A stretch of 64,000 bases of DNA from Emiliania huxleyi CCMP1516 (Eukaryota): NCBI RefSeq assembly GCF_000372725.1, contig NW_005202427.1, positions 1,214,459-1,278,458 on the forward strand, written 5' to 3'. This document shows, piece by piece, positions 1 through 11,656 of this stretch. Position numbers and translations under genes: made by a program. The notes under the pieces are model-generated. The model was not told where the DNA came from and did no database searches. It saw only the letters and a program-made list of their open reading frames with translations. Every line of letters begins with the position of its first letter. Positions within the stretch are counted from its first letter, which is position 1.

Positions 1-2736
1 GCGCTACTTCGGCTCCTTCGTGCAGCGTGTGCTCGACGAGCCGCTGGACGTTCGGCTGCACTACGGCCACCCCGCCCTGCTCGACAAGCTGCACTTCTTC
101 TGGGAACCGTCTTGGAACCTTCTTGGCACATTCTAGGCCACCCCGACCTGCTCGACAAGCTGCACTTCGCCACGCGCGGCGGGGTGAGCAAGGCGTCCAA
201 GGAGATCAACTTGAGCGAGGACATCTTTAGCGGGTACAAGACGGTGCTCGCCGGCGGCTGCGTCGTCTTTCGCGAGTACCACCTCGTGGGCAAGGGGCGG
301 CCCACAAACCTGATGGAGATCACCGGCTTCTTCGCGAAGCTCTCCTCCGGCTCCGCCGCGTCGCTCACGACGCGCGACGTGGCGCGCTTCGCCGCCAGCG
401 CGCCGCTCGTGAAGCTCTTCTCGTACTACTACTCGGCCATCGCCTTTTACGTGCACGACGTGATCGTGATGCACGTGACGGTGCCTCGCCCCGCGCCTGT
501 CCCTCGCCCCGTGCCCGCGCGCGCGAGGGATGGATGGCGAGCACCGCACTCCTCATTGCGGATGGCCGAGCAGGTCCTCATCCCCTACCTGCTCGCGATG
601 CTCGCGCTCGTCGGCCTCGATCACCGCTTCAACAACTACGAGGCGCAGCCCCTCTCGCTCTTCGCCCTGCTCCCGCTGCTGCTCTCGCTCATGACGGCCC
701 TCCCGCTCTTGCGTGTCTGTAACGACTGCCCATCCTCTTCATCACGTGCTTCCCCGTCGTAGGCCGTGCCCGCGCTCTGCATGGTGCTGGTTGAGAGAGG
801 GCCTCGCCGGGCCCTCTCCTTCTTGCTTGGGATGGCCATCACCGCCTCGCCCGTCTACTTCATCTTTGTCGCGCAGACAAAGTCCTTCCACTTTGCGCGC
901 ACCGTCACGGCGGGCGGCAGTTCATTAGCAGCTAATTCGTAGCTTATTTAGTAGCTGATTCGTAGCTTCGTAGTAGCTTATTAGTAGCTTATCAATCACC
1001 ACAGGCGGGCGGCGCGTCCTACTTCGCCGCGCGGCGGAACGCCTCAGTGCTTCACACGCCCTACCACGAGCTGCACGCGCGCTTTGCGCACTCGCACCTC
1101 TACGTCGCCGCCGACGTGTACGTCTTTCTCTGCATGGCGCACGTCTGGTCCGTCTCGGACCGGCTCTTCCTCACGACGTGGCCCACTTGGGCGGTGGCTT
1201 CGTGCTTCGTCCTCGCGCCGCTGCTGTACAACCCGCAGCAGCTCGAGGCGTGGCAGGTCAAGGCGGACGTGCGCGGCTTCTGCGGCTGGGTGACGGGCGG
1301 AGGCTGGGAGGAGTGGTACGCGCGGCTGCACGGGCCGCCCGCGCGCGGGGGCATGGCCGCCGAGGACGCGGCGTGGAACGAGCAGTTCGGACGCGTCTCT
1401 GTCGCGGCGTTTTACTCGTTCATCGCCTACCTCATCCCGCTCCAGACCAATGTCGACAACTTCGCCGCCACGCGGGGGTGGGTGTGCGAGCCGCGCCTCG
1501 TCTGCACGGGCGCAACCTACCTCGCCTCGCTCGTCGCCCTCGCCGCCGCCGACTTGCGCCCCCACCGCTCGGCGCGCGCGCCGTCGAGCCGCCGCCGCCG
1601 CGCCTGCTACGTCGCGGCCGCCACCCTCTGTGCGGCCGCCACCCTGCAGCTCGCGGCGGCGTGCGCCGTTTTGGGGCCGGCGAGCAGCGCCGCTGGAAAG
1701 GCCCTCTGCGCGCCCGACTGCCGTTTGCGGAGGCGCCTCGCTGGCCTGTAGGCCGGCCTCGCTCGCACCGCCTCGCTGCGCAAGCGGCTGTGCGTCGCCG
1801 CCCTGTGCGTCTACGCTTGCGCAGGCGCTGTCGGGTCGGTGCTGGAGACGTCCGCCAATGCGCCCTCTCTGTCTGAACCTCTTTTGAACCCTTCTCCGAG
1901 CCTTGGATAGGTGCTCGAGCTCGCTGCCAACATGCGGGCGACGGCGGACGTCGCCGCGCCGCTGCTGAGGCTCGCCCACAAGGCGCGCGAGAGCGTGGAG
2001 AGACACGCCCTCCCGCGGACACTTCCTACACACTTCATAAGACACGCCCTCCCGCGGACACTTCCTACACACTTCATAAGACACGCCCTCCCGCGGACAC
2101 TTCCTACACACTTCATAAGACACGCCCTCCCGCGGACACTTCCTACACACTTCATAAGACACGCCCTCCCGCGGACACTTCCTACACACTTCATAAGACA
2201 CGCCCTCCCGCGGACACTTCCTACACACTTCATAAGACACGCCCTCCCGCGGACACTTCCTACACACTTCATAAGACACGCCCTCCCGCGGACACTTCCT
2301 ACACACTTCATAAGACACGCCCTCCCGCGGACACTTCCTACACACTTCATAAGACACGCCCTCCCGCGGACACTTCCTACACACTTCATAAGACACGCCC
2401 TCCCGCGGCTGCTCCGCCTCGCCCAGCAAGGCCACCTATGTATATTTATATACCTGGCGCCTCAGGCGCGTGATTATGCCCTCGCCGCCGCGGTCCTGCT
2501 GCCGGTTGGCGCCCTCGCTGCGCTGCGGCTGCCGGGCGTGGTGCACCGGGCGCTCATCTTTCAGCGCTCGTTTGTCGACCTCGACATGCGCCGGCGCAGT
2601 AGTGTTTCCTGCCCCGGGCGCCCCCGCTTGTTTACCCTCCGTGCTCACTACGGGTAGGCACGGGCTCATCCTGTACTCCTCCGTCCTCGCTGCGGTCGCC
2701 CTCGCATACGCGCTCTCCTCGCTGGATTGGGGCTGA
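1..2736 (+). CDS. 1,3-beta-glucan/callose synthase (GT48, FKS-like), 5'-partial, multi-exon
   Basis: Spliced translation RLHYGHPDLLDKLHFATRGGVSKASKEINLSEDIFSGY...EYHLVGKGR...FFAKLSSG is the GT48 catalytic signature, followed by multiple TM segments. Inferred introns include 66-136, 910-1004, 1839-1910 and 1983-2465; stop at 2734-2736. Confidence 0.9.
2001..2408 (+). repeat. 39-bp tandem repeat (~10 copies) inside a glucan synthase intron
   Basis: Unit agacacgccctcccgcggacacttcctacacacttcata repeated essentially perfectly. It lies in the inferred GC-AG intron 1983-2465. Confidence 0.95.
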
Positions 2737-3526
2737 GAGGCGGGTCGCGCAAGCTCCCGATGCCGCGACGGATGGGCAAGGTTTGTGGGGCACCCCGGCA
2801 GGGCTTGGCGCTTGAGTCGGGGAACCAGCTGCTCCATTTGCTCGTCTGTACGTGACCTACTTCGGCATGCACAGTCGTGAGCTGTCGTACGGTGCTGTAG
2901 CTACCCGCAGTACAGCGGTGCTCTCGGTTTCTGTTGGTTTCATGTTTACGTCGGTTGCTTATATACTAAGGTAAGCTAGGTAGCGGGCATACAGCGATGC
3001 AGGCGGGGTACAGCGTACGCACAGTTGTAGAACTAGATGAGCCGGTAACCAAAGACGAAAGGGCAAAATCCGCAACCGTTTTGAGGTGTGATCTGTGGAA
3101 GCTGTCCGGCACGCGGTGCAGCCTGCAGCGAAGTGGCAGATGGCTGAGGAGCGTCGGAGCTCGGAGCTTTAGTGAGTGCGGAGAGCAGGTAAGGTAAGGT
3201 AAGGTAAGGTAAACTCTTCTCCACACACACGAGGTGGTGGTTCGGAGCAGCCTCGTGGACGCAGTGACGTGACCCCCCCCCCCCCCCCCACACACACACC
3301 CCGCTCACCCACGCGCACTGGGCCTTGCACTTTGAATGCCGTGGGGCTCCTGTCGTTATAGACGTGGAGACGCGAGGGTCGCCCCCCCCTTGCCCCACCA
3401 CCCCTCGTGTGTGTGGAGAAGTTTACCTTGCCGCCTTACCTTACGCAAGACAGGAGATGACGGCACGCTGGAGCGACACACAGACACACAAACTCACAAG
3501 ACATTTTCCGTCTAGCATTCTGATAT

Positions 3527-5058
3527 TTACACCTTCCGTCCCCAGCCTTCAGCGCTGGTGAAGCGCGTGGCACAGCCCTGCTGCACCGCATTCGGAGACG
3601 GCCAGCCAGAGTCAAGGGCGGAAGCGTCTTGTCTGAGTCTGCTGGCTGCATGGGCCGCGAGGGAGGCCGCGAGGAAGGGGAGGAAGCCGTGCAGCATTTC
3701 GAAGGAAGGCATGCGCTCGTCACCAGTCCGGACACGCACAAGCACGCCAGAGGATGTTGCCGCGCCCGCGTAGTATGATGCTACGAGCAGCTTGCGGGTG
3801 GAAGGGATGTTAGAGGATCCGAAAACGGCGCCGACCGCTGAACAGAGCGTGAGCAGGGCTGGGCTTGCATCCGCAAACGTGTCCAAGTCACGGGCCAGCG
3901 CTGTCGGCGAGCGGACCCGGACTTCGACGACACGCAGAGAGGCTGCCGAGACGACCAGCAGCGTCATCATGCGTGCGAGGTCAGTTCGACGCGAGGTCAG
4001 TGCCAGGATGGCCACCACCGCGCAGCCCGCCGCAGCGAAAAGAAAGACCGGGCTCGTGTAGAGCTCGGTTAGGAAGGCGGCGCACACCACCACTAGGGCG
4101 AGCGAGACCTGGATCGATGCCAGCTCCGGCCGCGCCGGCAGCGGCCACAAGGCTGGGCGTGGCGGCGCCGGCTTGGCTGGCGGCGAGGGCGGCAAAGAGC
4201 AATCGCACTTGGCAATCGCGCTCCTTGAGCAATCGCGCTTCATGGCCGCGATTTCGCTGGAAGAGAAAATGCCGGCGAATAGGCGGTCCCAGTCGTCCTC
4301 GTCGCCAGGGTCTTCGGTCGGTGCTCCTTGCTGCTGCTGGTACCTCTCCGTATCAACGGGCACATAGACCACACCAGCAGGTGGTGCAGGTGTGTCCACT
4401 GACGGCAGGTCTGGCCAAACTTCCGGCGAGATCATATCTATGTCTGGCCAAAGGCCCGGTGAGGTCATGATTGGAGGCGCCGTGCTCGCTCCCACCGCCG
4501 CCGCCGCCTCTTCCTTTGTCGCCACCGCCTCTGCCGCTGGCGCCACCGCCTTTGCCGCCGCTCCCTTCACCATGGCCTCCACCTCTGCCGCCCACCCCGC
4601 CGTCTGCTCCGCCCAGGAGATAGGGACAGATGCCACCCGTGTCGGTGCTGGCCTCGGACCGGCCTTCCAAGCGACGTCTTCACTCAAATCCCATCGAAAT
4701 GCAACGAGGCTGCCAGCATTATAAACCGGCCATGATGACACCAGGAACCGCCCGGGCGCGCCGGTAGAGTATAAGATCAGCATTACTCGCACTGGCTTGG
4801 TCTGCATCATGGCCGTGGCGAGCGCACCGACTGTCTTGCGACATGTCGCCGGCCCGAACAGCTCCTTTGCTGGGCTGCCAGTGAGCGCTGCCCAGGCGGC
4901 GCAAGCCTCCAATACGATGCCGGTGGGGCTGACAAGCAGCCAGGCTGGCGGCAATGGCGGCAGCGGTGGGGGCGGAGGCGGCGGCGGCGGTGGCGGCGGA
5001 GGAGGAGGCGGTGGCGGCGGCGAGTCAGCACCCCGCCCCGCAACCAGGTCGCCTTTCA
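3527..5058 (-). CDS. PAS/LOV-like domain protein with C-terminal transmembrane helices
   Basis: Long ORF (open to 5266; start uncertain). Poly-Pro, then LFGPATCRKTVGALATAMMQTKPVRVMLILYSTGAPGRFLVSSWPV resembling the LOV/PAS core, then ~5-6 hydrophobic segments. Confidence 0.55.
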
Positions 5059-5274
5059 TTTCGCAACCATAATTGGACGCGCGACGGTTGCACAACCTTC
5101 CGGCCGTGCAGCGGTTTCGTCGCACGTCGGTAATTGCCCCCTCGGGCAATGGAGGGGGGAGGGATAAATTCATGCCAGGGTCGGAATTGCCATGCATGCA
5201 GGGGTGTGATTGCCGGGCCTCGGAGTCCTCTTCACACAAAATTTCATTCAAAAATCGAGGGTGCAAGTGATGCC

Positions 5275-6046
5275 ATGTCCAGCCTCACCGGCTCGGTCAC
5301 AAAATCGCTCCTCGGCAAGGCTGCAGGCACCCTCAAGCCTCGGTCCCGCGCCGCATTCTCTCAGCCGTCCGCGTGCCACATTTTCCTCGTCCGTTCAGGC
5401 GCGGCAGAAAATGTGATGGAATCTCTCTCGCCTCAAATTGATGAGGCCTTCAACGGTGCGCGAGACAACGCGAAGCAAGAGCTCGGTGCCAAGCTCGTTG
5501 GACACGCGGAGAAGGTTGTCCCCGCGGAGAAGGTCGTTCTCATCCCCGCTAGCACACTTGCTCACCATACGCTCTCCCCCACAGGCTATGGAGTCTCTCT
5601 CGTCATCGCTCCTCGAGAAAGCGAATGAGGCGATGGATGGCTCGGGCGGATCCTCGTCGCGTGACGAGGGTGGCGGGCTGTTTTCCTCGTTGAGCACGGC
5701 CGCGATGTCCCAGGCAAAGTCGGCACTCAAAGACGCCATGTCGAGCCAGACCGAGGAGATCAACACTTCTCTTCTAAACAAGGCAAAAGCGATCGCAGAT
5801 GACGCCTTGGTGCGCGCGGATCGCAGGTGACGCCTGGGTACCTGGGCAAAGCTAACCCTGAATTTCACCCGGTCCTAGGCAAAGCTATCGCCGCAAATCG
5901 AGATGGCCTTCGACGAGGCCAGAGACGCAGCGAAGGCATTGTTCTCGACAAATCTGGTCGGCTCGGCCGAGGACACGATGAATTCGCTTTCGTCGAATCT
6001 TGTGAGCTCCGTGACGGGAAAAAAACGAGCTCGCGACGACGACTAG
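5275..6046 (+). CDS. hypothetical helical protein with internal repeat, 4 exons
   Basis: Spliced frame MSSLTGSVTKSLLGK...LSPQIDEAFNGARDNAK...MESLSSSLLEKAN...LSPQIEMAFDEARDAAK...KKRARDDD*. The LSPQI.xAF.xARD.AK motif occurs twice. Confidence 0.6.
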
Positions 6047-6475
6047 TCCTCCTAACTAAGTCAGAGGCGCAGCTAGGGCGTTTCGAGATCGCTGCGATCG
6101 CCGAGGGGCTCTACATTCTAATCTCTCTCTCGCTGGCCCTTTTGCGTCTGATTCGTGAAGCTGTTGCGTCTCCGCCGACAGCTCACGAGCAGAGAGCGCT
6201 TTGAGCGGCGGCCAGAGGGCGGAGGTGTCCGGGTCCGCGCAGGGCCTGGCGCCTCGGCCCTCGCGCGGGGGGCGGCGGCGCGGCCGGTGTTGTGTATGCA
6301 GCGGTAGAGTATGATTGAAAGCGTTTGCGACTCTCCTTTCCTCTACCGCTACCGCTCGACGCGTCAGCCGTCACGTCTCGGCACAGCTCGCACGTCGGCG
6401 AGTTATGCGTCACGTGTGTGCCACTGTGCGCTCGCGGCGGGAGTGGACGACACGCCCGCTCCCTCCAGCCCTGGC

Positions 6476-7762
6476 TCAGGCGGCCAGCGTCGAGATGCGG
6501 AGCTGCCCGTCGGTGCCGCCCGAGACGACCGCGTCGGCGCCGTCCCACGCGACGCAGAGCGCCTTGCCCTTGTGCCGCGGCAGCGAGTGCAGCGCCACTC
6601 GGGGTGAGCGCGTGTCCCAGAGCCGCACTCCGCCGTCGTGGCAGCCGCTGACGAGGAGGTGTTCTCGCACGCCGCACCACGCGACCGACGAGACCCACCC
6701 GTGGTGGGGGATGGCGCCCGTCGGCGCGCCGCCACGCGAGCGCGCGTCCCACAGCCGCAGCTGGTGGTCCGAGTGGCCGGTCGCGACAGTGGCGGGCGAG
6801 AGGGAGACGTCGAGGCAGAGCGCGGCCTTGCCCGACGAGGAGAGGGTCGCGGTGGCGGCGCCGACCGCCGCGTCCCACTCGCGGACCGTCCCGTCCCAGG
6901 AGGCCGAGTAGAGCAGCGCTGCTGTCGGCCACGCCAGCGCAGAGACGCAGTCCGTATGGCCGCAGAGCTGGGCGGCGGCGGCGAGCTCCTCCGGGGCTAC
7001 GGCGGCGGTCACAGCGGACGCGCCGCCGCGGGCGCGCTTGCTGGGCGGGGGCTCGCTGCTCGCCGCCGGCACGCCGTCGGCGGGCGGGCGGAAGAGGAGG
7101 ATGCTGCGGTCCCAGCCTCCCGTCGCGAGGCTGTCGGCGGCGGGCGCTGCAGCGAGACACGCGACGGCGGCGTGGTGGCCAACGCACGAGAGCTGCGCCG
7201 CGCCGCCCGCCGAGCCGCCCGCCGCCCACACGCGCACGGCGCCGTCCTTGGACGCCACCACCGGCCGCTCGCCCAGCCAGGCAACTGCCTTGACAGCGGC
7301 AGCGCCCTCTCCGCCGCCGAGCGCGGCAGCCTGGACGCCCGAGGCGTCCCAGAGGTAGGCGGCGCCGTCGTAGCAGCCCGAGAGCACCGGGTTGCTAGAG
7401 GCTACGCTCGAGCCCGGGGCAGCCAGCGCCAGCGAGGAGATCCAGTCCGGGACCAGCGCCTCGCCCCTCGGCTGCGGTGGCGCGAGGAGCTCGATGTACT
7501 CGAGGGTGATGGTGGACTCGCCCGAGAGACCGCGCGCCGCGAGAGCCTTGCCGAGCGAGCCACGCAGCAGCTCGCCGTCGAGCAGAAAGTCGAACGGCCG
7601 CGCGGGCGACGCGCCGAGAAGGTGGTTCACCACCTCCGAGAGGCCGTAGCGGGAGAGGCGGGTGGGCAGGTCGAGAGGCGTGTCCGATACCACCCACCGC
7701 GGCTCGAGCTTGGTGGTGAAGCGCACGGACGTGTGCGGTTCAGAGGCCTGGCCTTGCGACAT
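6476..7762 (-). CDS. WDR12: ribosome biogenesis protein WDR12/Ytm1 (NLE domain + WD40)
   Basis: N-terminal NLE/UBL motif (RFTT...LSEVVNHLL...PFDFLLDGELLRGSL...E.TITLEY) followed by WD40 repeats (GHTDCVSALAW, SASWDGTVREWD, LWDAR, LWDTR). Intronless. Confidence 0.92.
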   Translation of the reverse strand: MSQGQASEPHTSVRFTTKLEPRWVVSDTPLDLPTRLSRYGLSEVVNHLLGASPARPFDFLLDGELLRGSLGKALAARGLSGESTITLEYIELLAPPQPRGEALVPDWISSLALAAPGSSVASSNPVLSGCYDGAAYLWDASGVQAAALGGGEGAAAVKAVAWLGERPVVASKDGAVRVWAAGGSAGGAAQLSCVGHHAAVACLAAAPAADSLATGGWDRSILLFRPPADGVPAASSEPPPSKRARGGASAVTAAVAPEELAAAAQLCGHTDCVSALAWPTAALLYSASWDGTVREWDAAVGAATATLSSSGKAALCLDVSLSPATVATGHSDHQLRLWDARSRGGAPTGAIPHHGWVSSVAWCGVREHLLVSGCHDGGVRLWDTRSPRVALHSLPRHKGKALCVAWDGADAVVSGGTDGQLRISTLAA

Positions 7763-7879
7763 TGTCGTCGATGCAGCGAGGGACGGGACAGACTGGAGAG
7801 TGTGCCGGCGGGAGCGTAGACAACCAAAAAAAAATTTTTTTGGGTAGGACCTGTAGCACCCATACCGCGTTGGTGTCCA

Positions 7880-7965
7880 AAGAAAGAAAGAAAGAAAGAC
7901 AAACCACGGGAGGGATGGGAGGGAGGACGGCACGCCGCCACCACCAGGGATTTTAAGTTGGGAGA
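7880..7965 (-). mobile_element. 5'-truncated retroposon 'family B' 3' end with (TTTC)n tail and 11-bp target-site duplication
   Basis: Core gggagggatgggag..gacggcacgccgccaccac..agggattttaag shared with 7 other loci. Flanked by gttggtgtcca at 7869-7879 and 7966-7976. An uninterrupted homologous site occurs at ~22066-22095. Confidence 0.75.
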
Positions 7966-8029
7966 GTTGGTGTCCAGCCCCGCCAAGCTGCAGAACATGT
8001 GCAGGCCAGCGCCTATGACGCTCAAGGAG

Positions 8030-8630
8030 TGAGGCGCGGAGCGCCGCGCGCGGAGCGCGCCCCGAAGAAAATTTTGAGGGTTGTGGAGCGTGGAGGGCTG
8101 GAGGGCGATTTCTATTAAGAGTTTGACTCACACGCAGGCCGAATCTCAAGTGGCGGCGCTCCGCACCTACCCAGCGGCGCGCTCCGCGCGTGCTTTCCAG
8201 CGGCGCGCTCCGCGCGTGCTCTGCGCACTGCGGCAGTGCTACTGCATCTTCCGCAGCTCCAGCAGGTATCAGCAGTGAGTTCACCGCCAGTTATCTGCGC
8301 CTCCCTTCATCGTCAGGCCGCGCTCTCACGTCCGCCGGAGCTACCTCGGCTATCGGCACCATTTTACAAGTTTGACCGCCGACATGTCGGCGGTCCGGCT
8401 CAGTCAAGGCAATGTCGCTCGGCGCTCGCTGGCTCCGTGGATGCTTGTGCTGCTGAGCAATCCAGGCGCACTTTGGCAGCCGGCGGCAGCGACTTGCGGC
8501 GTCAGCACTCGAACGGTTGTGTTGATTTGCTCTTGCTCCGCGGTATCTAGCCGGCGCGCTCCGCGCGGGTGTCCAGCTAGCGCGCTCCGCGCGTATGTCC
8601 AGGTAGCACCAGCGCGCTCCGCGCGCACGT
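8030..8630. repeat. cluster of GCGCGCTCCGCGCG motifs
   Basis: Motif at ~8177, 8202, 8554, 8580 and 8611, with reverse-complement copies at ~8033-8060. Confidence 0.7.
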
Positions 8631-9115
8631 ATATATCAGTGCCTATGCTTATAGCCACTAAAAGCTCGTTTCTGCAACTCGGTCCAGCCCGAGCCAGGCT
8701 GTTGTTGCTTGTTCGCCGTACTTACTTAGGTCTTAGCCACTGGCATGGTAGTAGATTAAGTTAGGTCCAGCCCGCGCCTCGCAACCACGGCATGGTAGAT
8801 AGCACACATGCGCGAACAAAAACTTTAGCTCCCCACCCCTCGATGGCGCGAGTTGCATCGGCCATCGCGCGCCTCCCCGCCCGCCTCGGCCCAGTTTCGT
8901 CGCGCTCGCGGCTCCGAAGTCCGCATGTGAGCGATGTGTGTGTCTATCTTTGTGTGTGTGCGTAGGAACGCTACCCTACGCTCTCAACCGGTTTCTCGGC
9001 TTTTCAAACGCTACACTGCGGTTGCGCGGCACGGTGTGTTGCAACACACACACGTACAGCTCTTCTCATCACTTTACCATCTCACTCACGCGCCGCTGCG
9101 TCCACAAGTGCCAAA

Positions 9116-11416
9116 TCATCTCGCCTGCCCTTCATCCGTAAATGAAAAGGGCAAGTCCTCCTCCTCCTCCCCACCGCCCTCCGTCGCCGGAGCGCTCGCC
9201 CCCTCCATCAGCCGGCCCAGCTCCGCCTGCCACGCCTGCATCACATGGCCTGGCAGCGCGCCAGCAAGCATGCCTGCGTGCACAGCCGCGCCCAACGCCA
9301 CCGCCTCCATCGGCGCCACCGTCCTGCGCGGGTCGATGCCAAACAAGTTGGCGACCAGCTTGCGCACCGCCGCCATCTGCGTGGCACCCCCCACCAGGAC
9401 CACCTCCGCGAGCGGCTCCCCTCGCGGGAGGTAGGTTCGCTTGCCGCTCGGCAGGAGCGCCTACGCGGCGGGGGACCATCTTGACAATCCACCTGTGTCA
9501 CAACTGCAGGTGTGAAGAGACGCTGTTCACGCCTACGCGGCGGGGACCAGGCTCCCTCACGCCCCCCGCAGCCCCAGAGGGCCCAGCCCGCTCTGCCAGG
9601 GCACGCCTCCGCCGCGCGCCTCGCCTTCGCCGTCCGCTTCTTTGCTGGCGACGACGGCGCCGCCTGCGCGAGGGTTGCCTCGGACGTGCGACCCAAACGG
9701 AGGGCTCCGGCCACCCTCGCGCAAGCCGGGAGGGCGGGGGCATGCGCGCCTCCCCTGGCAGCGACACTGCGGCAGCGAGCGCAACCTCGTAAAGAGGCGC
9801 CTTGAGCCGCTGCAGCAGCGGCTCGCACGCAGCCTCCATCGCGTCGCGGGTCAGCTCGATCGAGGTGCCTTCGCCGCCCTCGCCGCCGCCCTCACGGTCG
9901 CCCGTCGCCGGCGACTGCGGCGACGGGAAGAGGACCGAGACGCGCTTGACGACCGAGAGCTTGCGCTTCGCCGCCTAGACCCGAGTATGATTGATGAATA
10001 TGTCATGTTTTTGGTGGTATTGTCACAGCTTGCGGCTTGGCCGCCTCGGCGCGCTCGCGCAGAGTGCGCAGCGCGGCCTCGTCGTGGTCGATGGCGGGGA
10101 GGGCGAGCCTCCGCCCCTGGGCCGCGAGGGGGGGGGGGGAGGGGGGGTTAGAGGGAGACGGAAGGCGGCGAGGGGGAGGACTGCGGCTGGGCCCGCGCTG
10201 CTCTGTCGTGCGCTGCTCTGTCGTGCGGAGCCGGCGGGAGAGTGCTCCCCGGCCCCGGTCCTCCTAGTGGTGGAAGAGAGGTCCTCGCCCCCGCAGGCCC
10301 CGCCCCGCCCCCGCAGGCCCCGCCCCGCCCCCGCAGGCCCCGGCAGCACCTCCGCGAGGAGGAGCGCGACGATGGCGGCGTCGAAGTCTGTCCCGCCGAG
10401 GAGCGGGTCCCCCGAGGTGGCGAGCACCTCGGGTTAGGGTTAGGGACAGGGTGAGGGGGAGGGGGAGGGACAGGGTGGGGGTTAGGCCGAGGAGCGGGTC
10501 CCCCGAGGTGGCGAGCACCTCGGGCGAGGCCGCCGAAGCGAGGCCAGGGGCGTGCTGTCAGGCGTGTGCAGCGGCCAGAGCGGCGGCGGTGCGGCGCGGA
10601 TGGGCGGCGGTGAGGCCCGGCCCAGGGCGTGTGGCGCACCTCGACGGCCTAGAAGGCTCCTAGAAGGCTCCTAGAAGGCTCCAGGGCGTGTGGCGCACCT
10701 CGACGGCGCCCTCGTCGCCGAGCCGCAGCACAGACACGTCGTAGGTTCCGGCGCCTAGAGGGCTCCTAGAAGGCTCCTAGAAGGCTCCGGCGCACAGACG
10801 CGTCGTAGGTTCCGGCGCCGAGGTCGAGGACGAGCACCTTGCCGACCGCCCCGCCGAGGCCGTAGGCGAGCGATGCGGCGACCGGCTCCGCGAGCAGCGA
10901 GACCGAGCCGAGCCCGGCGAGCCGGGCCGCTGCGAGCGTCGCCTGCCTCTGAGGCGCGTCGAAGTAGGCGGGCACGGTCACGACTGCGCGGCAGATCTCG
11001 CTCGCCGGGACGTCGAGCGCCCCGAGCAGCTCGGCCAGCACGCACGCGCCGGCCTCCTCCGGACTCAGATCGCCCACCGCAGGAAGCCGAAACATGGCGG
11101 CGCCCTCCTCGTCGCCGACCACCGTATACTGCGCACGTGCAATCTCGGCCTTGCACTGGCGCACGGTCCGCCCAATGAAGCGCTTGGCCGCCACCACCGT
11201 GTTGCGCACGTTCTGGCTGGCCTGAAGGTCGGCGGCCGCGCCCACCAGCACGGTGCCGTCGCCGGTGAAGGCGACGGTGGAAGGTGTCAGCGGCTCGCCG
11301 CGCGCGTTCGGGAGCAGCGACGGCTCGCCGCCTCGCAACAGCGCTATGGCCGAGTTGGTGGTGCCAAGGTCGATGCCGACGAGCAGGCCAGTGGCGAGGC
11401 AGGACGCGAGCAACAT
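9116..11416 (-). CDS. Hsp70-family protein, nucleotide-binding domain only, multi-exon
   Basis: GIDLGTTNS, TVPAYF, LAEPVAASLAYG, DLGAGTYDVSVL, ATSGDPLLGGTDFD, VLVGGATQM, EAVALGAAVHA; stop follows shortly after. Confidence 0.9.
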
Positions 11417-11656
11417 TTTTTCGTGCAGCCACGATCTTTTTCTTTTCTTCTCCGCCCTACCCCAAGCTGGCGAGTAGAGACCACGCTAAATACGTGAATA
11501 TGTGCTAAATATGAACGCACTCGAACACACACTAAATAGCGCACTAAACTATCACTAAAATTCATTCACACGCACTAAATTTAGACCCAGGCGCCCTCCG
11601 CTACCCAACGCGGCCAAAGGATACGAGAACCCCGAGAGGTCTGTGAATTCACGCAC

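Noticed and set aside
1044..2435. Repeat-protein ORFs (CPREGVSYEVCRK)n etc.
   Set aside because: Translations of the intronic 39-bp repeat; the same applies to ORFs over 12981-13509 and 25145-25966.
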